A DNA stretch of 64,000 nucleotides from Salinibacter sp. GTDB lineage: Bacteria > Bacteroidota > Rhodothermia > Rhodothermales > Salinibacteraceae. Numbering within the stretch: position 1 is the first letter of the stretch; every line of letters begins with the position of its first letter. The notes under the pieces are model-generated. The model had not been told where the DNA came from. It worked only from the letters and a program-made list of their open reading frames with translations, and ran no database searches. A program made the position numbers and the translations under genes. Location of the stretch: the NCBI RefSeq assembly GCF_036626415.1, contig NZ_JAZKRW010000002.1:9521-73520 (forward strand), in the 5' to 3' direction. This document shows positions 19,747-27,976 of the stretch, piece after piece.

Positions 19747-20790
19747 ATGACCGCCCCGCCGGTGTCCGTGATTATCGTCACGTGGAACGGAAGAGAGCTC
19801 GTGCAAGCGTGTCTCCCCTCCGTCGTGGCCACCGACTACCCCAACTTCGAAATTATCCTCGCCGACAACGCCTCCACAGACGGCACGGCGGCCTGGGTCG
19901 CCCGCGAATACCCGGAGGTGAAAATCGTCCGCCACCCCGAGAACTGGCGGTTCTGCCGGGGCAACAACGCCGCCCTGCCCCACGCCTCCGGCCGGTTCGT
20001 GGTGCTGCTGAACAATGACGTAGAGGTGCCGCCGGGGTGGCTGCACCCCCTCGTAAACGCAGCCGCGGAGCAGCCCGATGTCGCCGCCGTGCAGCCCAAA
20101 ATGCTTCAGTACGACGACCGGGACCGGTTCGAGTACGCCGGGGCCGCCGGCGGCTTTCTCGACCGCGCGGGCTACCCGTTCACCCGGGGCCGGCTGTTCG
20201 ACACCATGGAGCGCGATCGGGGGCAGTACGACGATCCGCGCGACATCTTTTGGGCCACCGGCGCGGCCCTTCTGCTTCGGCGCTCGGCGCTGGACGAGGT
20301 CGGCCCCCTCGACGAACGGTTCGAGATGCACATGGAGGAGATTGACCTCTGCTGGCGGCTCTGGCGGCACGGCTACCGGGTCCGCGTGGCCCCCGAGAGT
20401 ACGGTGTACCACATTGGCGGCGCATCGCTTCCGCAGTCCTCCCCCCAAAAGACCTATTACAACTACCGGAACAGCCTGCTCATGCTCTACAAGAACCTGC
20501 CCCCAGCGGCGTGGCGCAGGACGCTGCCGCTCCGGCTGGCCTGCGACATGGCGGCCCTGGGACGCGTGCTTGTGCGGGGACGGGGACAGGAAGCCACGGC
20601 CATTCTCCGGGCCTACCGGGATGCATTTCGTATGCGTCGGCACTACCACGACACCCGTCCTCCCTCTCTCGACTCGACGGTGCTGCCCTTCTACCGGGGC
20701 CTCGTGCCTGCCGACTATTTTCTTCGGGGCCGGCGCGTCTTCGCAGACCTTCCAGAGTCACGCTTCCTTCTCCCGAACGGCCGCGCCTGA
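19747..20790 (+). CDS. Glycosyltransferase family 2
   Basis: VSVIIVTWNG, DNASTDGT, LLNND, MEEIDLCWR, VYHIGGAS. Confidence 0.93.
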   Translation: MTAPPVSVIIVTWNGRELVQACLPSVVATDYPNFEIILADNASTDGTAAWVAREYPEVKIVRHPENWRFCRGNNAALPHASGRFVVLLNNDVEVPPGWLHPLVNAAAEQPDVAAVQPKMLQYDDRDRFEYAGAAGGFLDRAGYPFTRGRLFDTMERDRGQYDDPRDIFWATGAALLLRRSALDEVGPLDERFEMHMEEIDLCWRLWRHGYRVRVAPESTVYHIGGASLPQSSPQKTYYNYRNSLLMLYKNLPPAAWRRTLPLRLACDMAALGRVLVRGRGQEATAILRAYRDAFRMRRHYHDTRPPSLDSTVLPFYRGLVPADYFLRGRRVFADLPESRFLLPNGRA

Positions 20791-21696
20791 GCGGTTCGGC
20801 TCGGCGTCGGGCGGCGCATTGCGACGCCAGACGACGCCCGCCACCGCGACCAGGACCACCACCATTCCCACGATGGAAGCCGGCGGCGGGACCTCGCCAA
20901 ACAGTCCGTACGCCAGGAGCGACGCCCCCACCGGCTCCAGGAGCGCCAGCATGCCCACGAGGGCGGCCGGCACGTGCTGGAGGGCATAGTTGAATGATCC
21001 GTGTCCCAGCACCTGCGGCCCAAGGGCAAGCCCGGCACAGAGCCCATAGAAGCGCCAGGAGTAGCCCAACAGAGCCACGTCTCGGAGAGCAGCGGCCGCC
21101 AGGGCCGTCAGCGCCGCCACCGTGTAAAGGGGCGTCACGTACGCCAGCCAAGAGACCTTCTGCCGCACGACCCGTCCAATCAGCAGATACACGCTCACCA
21201 GGACCGCTCCGCTCAGCGCCAGTGCGTTGCCCAGCAGTGCCCCCTGGCCCAGAACGACCGTCCCCGCGTCGGCCCAGCCGATCAGTCCGGCCCCTCCCAC
21301 CGCCGCCCCGATGGCGAGCACCGTTCCTCGCCGCAACCGCTCCCCCAAAAACATGTAGCCGAGGGCGGCCAGGATAATGGGGCTCGTTGTCACCAGCACC
21401 GATGCGCTGGCCACCGTCGTGTGGTACAACGACTCAATCCACGCGATGAAGTGGAGGCCCAAGAACACACCCGCCGCCCCAATCAGTAGAACGTCCCGGC
21501 TCGAAAACCGGCGCATTTCCGCCCGGCTCCGGAACGCCGCCGCCGGCAGCAGCACCGCCGCCGCGGTGACGGTCCGCCACACCGCAATCGCCAAGCCCGG
21601 CGCGTCTCCGGCCCAGCGCACCAGGATGGGCGCGAACGCGAAGCTGAGGACGCCGAGGCTCAGAACAACATAGATGCGACGGGGCCAGTCGGACAT
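20758..21696 (-). CDS. DMT/EamA family transporter
   Basis: About 10 TM segments in two EamA repeats; GLHFIAWIESL, TTVASAS, GPQVLGHGSFN, LEPVGA. Confidence 0.9.
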   Translation of the reverse strand: MSDWPRRIYVVLSLGVLSFAFAPILVRWAGDAPGLAIAVWRTVTAAAVLLPAAAFRSRAEMRRFSSRDVLLIGAAGVFLGLHFIAWIESLYHTTVASASVLVTTSPIILAALGYMFLGERLRRGTVLAIGAAVGGAGLIGWADAGTVVLGQGALLGNALALSGAVLVSVYLLIGRVVRQKVSWLAYVTPLYTVAALTALAAAALRDVALLGYSWRFYGLCAGLALGPQVLGHGSFNYALQHVPAALVGMLALLEPVGASLLAYGLFGEVPPPASIVGMVVVLVAVAGVVWRRNAPPDAEPNRSGAAVREKEA

Positions 21697-21720
21697 GATG
21701 GGAACGCAGAGGCGTCGGGG

Positions 21721-22146
21721 CTACCGGATCCGATCCACCGACTCCACAAGCTCGATGTCGTTTTCGATCCCTCGTCGCGCCAGCCGAAACAGGACGTACG
21801 CGACGATCGGAAGCAGCAGCACAACCGTCCGCCCCCACAGAATCCCCGTCGGGGCGGTGAAGGTGAGCGTGCCGGTCGTGTACAGCCCGCCATACAGGAC
21901 CCCTGCGAGCACGATGGTGAGCAGTTGAAGGCCGTAGACGACCGTCCGCTGCGTCTTTCGCCGCTCGTAAAGAAACACAGCGCCGAGGGCCGTCCCGGCA
22001 CTGACCATGAGCAGCCCGACGACCGACGGCACGAACCAGGCGTACTGCTGTGCGGCGGGGTCGCTCCAGGGGACCTCAAACAGGCCCATGGCCCCGAGGG
22101 CGAGGGCGCCAAGGACCAGGTATACGGTTTGAATGCGTTGAATCAT
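21721..22146 (-). CDS. DUF4293 family membrane protein
   Basis: Hallmark N-terminus MIQRIQTVYL and C-terminus LARRGIENDIELVESVDRIR. Confidence 0.85.
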   Translation of the reverse strand: MIQRIQTVYLVLGALALGAMGLFEVPWSDPAAQQYAWFVPSVVGLLMVSAGTALGAVFLYERRKTQRTVVYGLQLLTIVLAGVLYGGLYTTGTLTFTAPTGILWGRTVVLLLPIVAYVLFRLARRGIENDIELVESVDRIR

Positions 22147-22166
22147 AAAGGGGGTCAAGCAATCGG

Positions 22167-23189
22167 CTACGCGTCCACTTCGCTCGCCACTCGGGTCGAG
22201 ACAGCGTCGGCAAACTCGGAGGTCGAGGCATCTCCGCCCACGTCCGGTGTCAGCACGTCGCCGTCCCGGTACAGGGAAAAGACAGCCCGCTCGATCGCTG
22301 CGGCCGCCGTCTCCTCCTCAATGTGGCGGAGCATCATCGCGGCCGTCCGGATCATCGCCGTGGGGTTTGCCACGTTCTGGCCCGCAATGTCGGGCGCGCT
22401 TCCGTGCACCGCCTCGAAGACCGCCAGGTCGTCTCCGATGTTGGCCCCGGGCGTCACACCGAGCCCCCCTACCAGCCCGGCCGTCAGGTCACTCAGAATG
22501 TCCCCGAAGAGATTCGTCGATACGATGCAGTCGTACTCTTGGGGGTTCGTTACGAGTTGCATGCAGAGGTTGTCGATGATGCGGTCATCGAACGCAATCT
22601 GCGGGTACTCTGCCGCCAGGTCGCGGCCGATGTCGAGGAAGAGCCCCGACGTTTTCTTGAGAATGTTGGCTTTGTGAGCGAGCGTGACGTGGTCGCGGCC
22701 GTGGGCCTGGGCGTACTCGAAGCAAAATCGGATAATCCGCTCGGCGCCCCGCTTGGTGACGCGGGCAATCGAGTCCGCGATCTCGAGTCGCTCGTCGAAG
22801 TACTCGATGCCGGAATACAGGCCCTCCGTGTTTTCGCGGAAGATGATCAGATCCACGTCGTCGAAGGGCGTGTCCAGCCCCGCCAGACTCCTGGCGGGCC
22901 GGACGTTCGAGTACAGATCGAGGCGCTGGCGAAGCTGGACGTTGACGCTCGTAAACCCCTGCCCGACCGGCGTGGTCACGGGTCCCTTGAGGGCCGTGCC
23001 GCGCTCCTGGATGGAATCAATAATGTCGGGGGGCAGGGCCGGGCGCCCTCGTTCCACCGCCGTTGCGCCGATGACGCGGTGGCGATCCCAGTCAACATCT
23101 ACGCCGGCCGCCTCGATGACCTGGACGGTGGCCTCGGTGACCTCCGGGCCAATGCCGTCGCCGGGGAGCAGAGTCAATTGATGAGCCAT
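22167..23189 (-). CDS. Isocitrate/isopropylmalate dehydrogenase family protein (NAD-dependent IDH-like)
   Basis: LLPGDGIGPEV, LKGPVTTP, SVNVQLRQ, RENTEG, HKANILK, NLFGDILSD, FEAVHGSAPDIAG. Confidence 0.92.
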   Translation of the reverse strand: MAHQLTLLPGDGIGPEVTEATVQVIEAAGVDVDWDRHRVIGATAVERGRPALPPDIIDSIQERGTALKGPVTTPVGQGFTSVNVQLRQRLDLYSNVRPARSLAGLDTPFDDVDLIIFRENTEGLYSGIEYFDERLEIADSIARVTKRGAERIIRFCFEYAQAHGRDHVTLAHKANILKKTSGLFLDIGRDLAAEYPQIAFDDRIIDNLCMQLVTNPQEYDCIVSTNLFGDILSDLTAGLVGGLGVTPGANIGDDLAVFEAVHGSAPDIAGQNVANPTAMIRTAAMMLRHIEEETAAAAIERAVFSLYRDGDVLTPDVGGDASTSEFADAVSTRVASEVDA

Positions 23190-23290
23190 AGATGGAGGTG
23201 TTGTTGGGAATCAGTACGGAAAGCGCAGAACGAATTCGAGGGGGCTCGTCTCGGCAACGCCAAGGAAGGCCGAAACAGAACGGGCCAAAC

Positions 23291-23322
23291 AAAAAAGCCC
23301 TGCCGGAAAGCAGAGCCTTTTT
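23291..23322 (-). terminator. Intrinsic terminator after the exbBD operon
   Basis: Minus strand reads AAAAAGGCTCTGC-TTTCCG-GCAGGGCTTTTTT, about 20 nt after the exbD stop. Confidence 0.75.
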
Positions 23323-23341
23323 GGGTCAGGAGCGTGAATCT

Positions 23342-23803
23342 TTAGGAGGGGGGTGGGCCCTCGCGGTTCGACGAATAGTTGATGCGAAGGGCGTTGGCCT
23401 CTCGGAGTTCCTGTTGCACCTCGTTGACGATCCCCATTTCGGATTCCTGGTCCACCTTCAGAGACACAATCAGCTTGGGCTGCTCCTGCAGTTTTCGGTA
23501 CATGATCTGCCGAATGGTGCGGCGGTTCTCAATCAAGGCATCGTCAATCTGTATGGCGGTCTCCCCCTTGTTCTCTCCCCGCTTGAGCGGGCCGATGTGA
23601 AGCTTCGAGATGAGCCGCTTCTGATCAATCTTCGTCAACGCCTCCGCCTGCGGAAGCTGGGTGCGGACCTTGATGTCCGTCTCTCGCAGCACCGTCGCCA
23701 CCATGAAGAAGATGAGCAGCATGAAGACAATGTCCGGAAGCGAGGCCGTCGTAAACTCCGGCTCCGTGCTCGAGCTTCCCCGTTGAAACTTCTGCGACGC
23801 CAT
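23342..23803 (-). CDS. exbD: ExbD/TolR biopolymer transport protein
   Basis: ASLPDIVFMLLIFFMV; LKVDQESEMGIV..VQQELR. Confidence 0.92.
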   Translation of the reverse strand: MASQKFQRGSSSTEPEFTTASLPDIVFMLLIFFMVATVLRETDIKVRTQLPQAEALTKIDQKRLISKLHIGPLKRGENKGETAIQIDDALIENRRTIRQIMYRKLQEQPKLIVSLKVDQESEMGIVNEVQQELREANALRINYSSNREGPPPS

Positions 23804-23867
23804 GAGAAGAAATTGTCAGTGATGAAAAGCATGTGGGCGTGAGCTCTCCGTGCAGGAGGCACTCCCC

Positions 23868-24476
23868 CTACTCGCCAGTGTCGGGCTCAGCAATCGAGAT
23901 TTGAGCGCCGAAGGTGTCTCGAATCTGGTTGTCCTCGTCCGGGCCGAGCTGGTTGTAGTATTCTCGATAGCTGGAGTAGGTCTGGTCAAGCCCCGCCGAC
24001 CCGCCGTCTGGACCCGGGAGCTGGTTGGTTCGGGCAATTTGGTCCCAGATCTCGCGGTACGCCATCCACACCTCGTCCAGGACCTCAATGTAGGTGTTGT
24101 AGGGCGTCTGCGCGCCGGTCTTGATAGAGATCACCGCGTCGTCCGGGCTCGCGGACAGGCTCGGGTCTTGTCCGAAGTTCAGCACGTGGCTTTTCACGCG
24201 GTCGCGAATTTCGGCCACCCGAGCCTCTTCCTCGTCAATCAGAACGTCCCCACTGGCGTTCACCAGCACGTTCATGAGGTTTCGCTCCTTTACCGGCGGG
24301 GGCGTTTGCTCCGGCTTCAGCTTGGGCGGCAGGGTCATGCCGATCCCGGTGTCGACGTTGATTGTCGTGGTCACCAGGAAGAAAATAAGCAGCAGGAAGG
24401 CAATGTCCGCCATTCCCGCGGTCGGGATGGTCCCTTCATCTCGGTCACTGCGCCGCTTCTCCAGCAGTCCAGGCAT
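23868..24476 (-). CDS. exbD: ExbD/TolR biopolymer transport protein
   Basis: TAGMADIAFLLLIFFLVTT; ISIKT...YNTYIEVLDE; ISIAEP. Confidence 0.92.
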   Translation of the reverse strand: MPGLLEKRRSDRDEGTIPTAGMADIAFLLLIFFLVTTTINVDTGIGMTLPPKLKPEQTPPPVKERNLMNVLVNASGDVLIDEEEARVAEIRDRVKSHVLNFGQDPSLSASPDDAVISIKTGAQTPYNTYIEVLDEVWMAYREIWDQIARTNQLPGPDGGSAGLDQTYSSYREYYNQLGPDEDNQIRDTFGAQISIAEPDTGE

Positions 24477-24529
24477 AGTTTGGGATCGCTACCAGTAGAC
24501 AATTTAGTGCGTCGTCGGGAGGGGGCGGG

Positions 24530-24811
24530 CTACATCATGAAGAGCTTGCGCAAGCCTGTTAAGAGGAGTGCGAGGGCGGCCAGGCCAAACATGACGACGA
24601 GGGTATATATGCCGGCCTGGACCCACGTTTCCATGGTGGAGCCGAGGACGGCCATCAAGACGCCGGGAATGGCGATGATGGCGATGCTGAGGGGCTGCAC
24701 CTTGCCGTACACGAGACTGCGAAGGCCGAAGATGCCCATTCCCAAGAGGCTGAGCCCGGCAAGGGCAATGGCAGCCCAGATGGCGATGGGAAGAATGGCG
24801 TTCTGACTCAT
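24530..24811 (-). CDS. Small 3-TM membrane protein between exbB and exbD
   Basis: 93 aa hydrophobic protein; its position matches the small ORF seen in Bacteroidota-type exbB-orf-exbD-exbD operons. Confidence 0.75.
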   Translation of the reverse strand: MSQNAILPIAIWAAIALAGLSLLGMGIFGLRSLVYGKVQPLSIAIIAIPGVLMAVLGSTMETWVQAGIYTLVVMFGLAALALLLTGLRKLFMM

Positions 24812-24910
24812 AAGAGGGAGGTCAGTCTATCGTTGGAAAAAGAGAGAAGAGATCCACGAGAGCAGAGCCCTGCGCCCTCCAGGTCAGTGGCGCGCAGAGA
24901 CCCCTCCTTC

Positions 24911-25657
24911 CTACTCTTCTCGTTCGCCAACACTCTCCGGAATCGACTTCTCGGCCGTGGCGGACTCGCCCCGTTCCAGCGCCACGAGCGCATCTACCAA
25001 CTCGATGGACGCATCCTCCATCTCGGCCACCAGACGGTCGATTTTCGACACGGCGTAATTGTAGAAAAACTGGAGAATGACCGCGACGATCAGTCCGAAG
25101 GCGGTCGTCAGGAGGGCAATCTTAATGCCTCCGGCCACGAGCCGCGGCGAAATGTCGCCGGCCTGCTCGATTGAGTCGAAGGCTTCAATCATGCCAATGA
25201 CGGTTCCGAGAAAGCCGAGCATGGGGGCGACGCTAATGAAGAGCGAGAGCCAGACAAGCCCGCGCTCGAGAAAGCTCATTTCGATGGACCCGTAGGAGAC
25301 AACCGCTTCCTCCACGGCGTCGATGCCTTCATCGGCCCGCAGCAGCCCAGCCTGAAACACAGACGCAACGGGGCCTCGCGTGCTGGCACATTCCTCCTCG
25401 GCCGCCGGAATGCCGCCCTCGTCGAGGGCCTCTTTCACGCGCTGCAGAAATGCCTGCGTGTTGATGTCCGCGCGGTTCAGTGAGATGATGCGCTCAAACG
25501 AGATCGCGAGCCCGATAATAAGGCAAATAAGAACGGGCCACATCCACTCTCCTCCCTCATTGAAGCGCTCCACGAGGGCATTGATGGCCCCACCTCCGCC
25601 GGACTGTTGAGGCAGCAGAAGCAGGAGGTGAACCGACAGCTTATCCAGAATGACCAT
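24911..25657 (-). CDS. exbB: MotA/TolQ/ExbB proton channel protein
   Basis: GGEWMWPVL, APMLGFLGTVIGMI, GGIKIALLTTAFGLIVA. Confidence 0.93.
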   Translation of the reverse strand: MVILDKLSVHLLLLLPQQSGGGGAINALVERFNEGGEWMWPVLICLIIGLAISFERIISLNRADINTQAFLQRVKEALDEGGIPAAEEECASTRGPVASVFQAGLLRADEGIDAVEEAVVSYGSIEMSFLERGLVWLSLFISVAPMLGFLGTVIGMIEAFDSIEQAGDISPRLVAGGIKIALLTTAFGLIVAVILQFFYNYAVSKIDRLVAEMEDASIELVDALVALERGESATAEKSIPESVGEREE

Positions 25658-25880
25658 AAGTGGCTAGTGCTCAGTCGAGTCTATTGGAGGGTGAAAATTC
25701 GAGGGGGTGAGTCCGGAACGGGAGAGCGCACCCGGCCTTGTGCACCAGCCGGGACACAGCTCCGTAATGCTGCACATTGCATTTTGGAGACGCATCTGGA
25801 AGGCCGACACCATCAGGTTCGCGTGAACACAGGTCACGGCACGGCAACACGGAGTTGTGATTTTGGCTTCACACGTACCT

Positions 25881-25909
25881 AGTATACAGAGCCGGGTAGA
25901 GGGTGTCAA
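25881..25909 (-). promoter_or_regulatory. Near-consensus sigma70 promoter of the exbB operon
   Basis: Minus strand TTGACA (25909-25904), 17 nt, TATACT (25886-25881). Confidence 0.8.
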
Positions 25910-25973
25910 AGAACGGAATCGACGAATCCGGGCGGCCCGGGGGTTTTCGTTTTCGCTTTTCGTGAACGAACGG

Positions 25974-26123
25974 GGAAGACCGAGGCTGTGAAGGCAATGC
26001 CCTGTTGACGGATGCACCCTGCCGGAGCTCCGTGCTAGCCCTGAAATGAGCCAACTGCTCAGGGTTCCCTCCCGCCCAGCTCCGCATGCATCGGTGGCTT
26101 CTCGGGGATCCTACGGTCCTTCC
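25974..26123. ncRNA. Candidate rod-shaped structured RNA, family and strand unassigned
   Basis: Nested complementary segments: 25974-25985 with 26110-26123; 26011-26029 with 26078-26092; 26039-26051 with 26057-26064. Fully intergenic. Confidence 0.45.
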
Positions 26124-26279
26124 TGAGCATGAACCCCCGCATGAACCTGTCGGGCCGAGCGCTTCGTCCCCGGCAAAATTCCCCTGGGCCTTCATTGGAA
26201 TCAACACCGCGGGCCGGTATGTTGCGAAAGCGTCTTTGCGCGTCATCCGTGCTTCTCGTTTTCTCCCGCCTCCCCACTT

Positions 26280-27956
26280 ATGAGCAACGACGAGGTTGCC
26301 CAGCTTTTGCAAGAAACGGCCGACCTGATTGACCTCACGGATGGAAATCCACACCGTGCCCGCGCCTTCTCCCGGGCCGCGCGCTCGCTTCAGGACCTCG
26401 AGGAGCCCGTCGCCGATCGTCTCCGTCAAAATACGCTCGTCGACGTCTCGGGAATTGGGGAGGGCATGGCGGATCATATCGGCGACATTGTTCACGGCGG
26501 CTCCTTCGCACTCCGAGACGAATTGCAAAGTGCCGTCCCGCCCGGCCTCATGGATATCCTGCAGGTCAACGGGCTTGGCACGAAACGGACCCGTCGCCTC
26601 TGGGTGGAGCTCGACGTTACCTCCCTCGATGAACTGGAGCGGGCCGCGAACGAGGACCGAATCATGAGCCTCGACGGCTTCGGCGCCAAGACGCAACAGA
26701 ACATCCTAGAAAATGTGCGCCAGCTGCGGCGGTACGAAGCGAAGTGGCGCCTGGCCGACGCCTGGACGGCGGCCCATTCGTTCCTCCAAGCCCTCCGGGC
26801 TTTGGACGCCGTAGAGCGGGCCGTGCCCACGGGGCCCCTGCGGCGCCGCATCGAAACGGTAGAGCAGGCCGACGTCCTCGTGTCCACCGCGGCTCCTGAA
26901 CCGGTCCTGGACTGGCTCGACACGCGCCTCGACGACCCTGCACAGGAGGACGCGGTGGCCACGGGCCGCCTCGACGAGGGACTGCCGGTCGCAGTGCATT
27001 TCACATCGCCAGCCCGGTTTGGGACGGCCTGGTGGCGCACCACCGGGACCCCCGACCACTGTGCCGCGCTGACCAAACACGCCTCTTCGCCCGCCGACCA
27101 CGCCGACGAGGCTGCCGTCTATCAGGCCGCCGGGCTCTCATCCGTGCCGCCGGCCCTTCGCGAGGGCCAGGGGGAAGTGCAGGCGGCGGCCGACGGCGCG
27201 CTGCCAGAGCTCCTCACGACAGAGGACCTCGACGGCTGCCTCCACAACCATTCCACGTACAGCGACGGCTCGCACACGCTCCGCGAGATGGCCGTGGCAG
27301 CCGGAGACCGCGGCTACTCGTACTTCGGCATCTGCGACCACAGCCAGTCGCTCCGCATCGCCGATGGCCTGTCGCCCGAAGAAGTGCGCGCCCAGCGCGA
27401 AGAGGTGGACCGCCTGAACGAGGAGCTTGCCGGCCACGAGACGCCGGTTCGCATCTTCCACGGAATTGAGAGCGACATTCTCCGAGACGGGTCGCTCGAC
27501 TACGAGAAAGACCTCCTCGATGCCTTCGACTTCGTGGTGGGAAGCATCCACACCGGCTTCAGCATGACGGAGGACGAAGCGACCGAACGCCTTGTCCGCG
27601 CCGTTAAGACCCCGCCCACCCGCATTCTCGGCCACCCCACCGGCCGTCTCCTGCTTCGCCGAGAGGGGTATCCCATCGACCACGAGCGCGTGATTGAGGC
27701 CTGCGCCGAGCACAACGTGGCCCTGGAGCTGAACGCCAACCCGTATCGTCTCGACCTCGACTGGCGTTGGGTGCGCCGCGCCACCGACGCAGGCGTTCTC
27801 CTCTCCATCAACCCGGACGCCCACGCAGTCTCGGAGCTCGACTATGTGAAATGGGGCGTAGCGGTGGGGCGAAAAGGCTGGCTAACCCCGGACCAGTGTC
27901 TGAATGCAAAGTCGCTGTCGGCCTTCGTCCGATGGCTCGATGATGGCACCTCGTAG
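26280..27956 (+). CDS. polX: DNA polymerase X family protein with C-terminal PHP domain (non-canonical)
   Basis: N-terminal and HhH domains (GNPHRARAF, GIGEG, GLGTKR, GFGAKT); PHP metal ligands LHNHSTYSDG, CDHS, GIE, HPTGR, NPDAH. Confidence 0.93.
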   Translation: MSNDEVAQLLQETADLIDLTDGNPHRARAFSRAARSLQDLEEPVADRLRQNTLVDVSGIGEGMADHIGDIVHGGSFALRDELQSAVPPGLMDILQVNGLGTKRTRRLWVELDVTSLDELERAANEDRIMSLDGFGAKTQQNILENVRQLRRYEAKWRLADAWTAAHSFLQALRALDAVERAVPTGPLRRRIETVEQADVLVSTAAPEPVLDWLDTRLDDPAQEDAVATGRLDEGLPVAVHFTSPARFGTAWWRTTGTPDHCAALTKHASSPADHADEAAVYQAAGLSSVPPALREGQGEVQAAADGALPELLTTEDLDGCLHNHSTYSDGSHTLREMAVAAGDRGYSYFGICDHSQSLRIADGLSPEEVRAQREEVDRLNEELAGHETPVRIFHGIESDILRDGSLDYEKDLLDAFDFVVGSIHTGFSMTEDEATERLVRAVKTPPTRILGHPTGRLLLRREGYPIDHERVIEACAEHNVALELNANPYRLDLDWRWVRRATDAGVLLSINPDAHAVSELDYVKWGVAVGRKGWLTPDQCLNAKSLSAFVRWLDDGTS

Positions 27957-27976
27957 GGCCTGTTGCTCACTCCCAA

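Noticed and set aside
20758-20790. 33-bp convergent overlap of the GT2 and EamA genes
   Set aside because: Short tail-to-tail overlaps are routine in compact high-GC genomes.
25690-25800. tRNA or tmRNA upstream of exbB (GGGGGTGA resembles a tmRNA 5' end)
   Set aside because: No T-arm (GTTCRA), acceptor stem or CCA end could be built.
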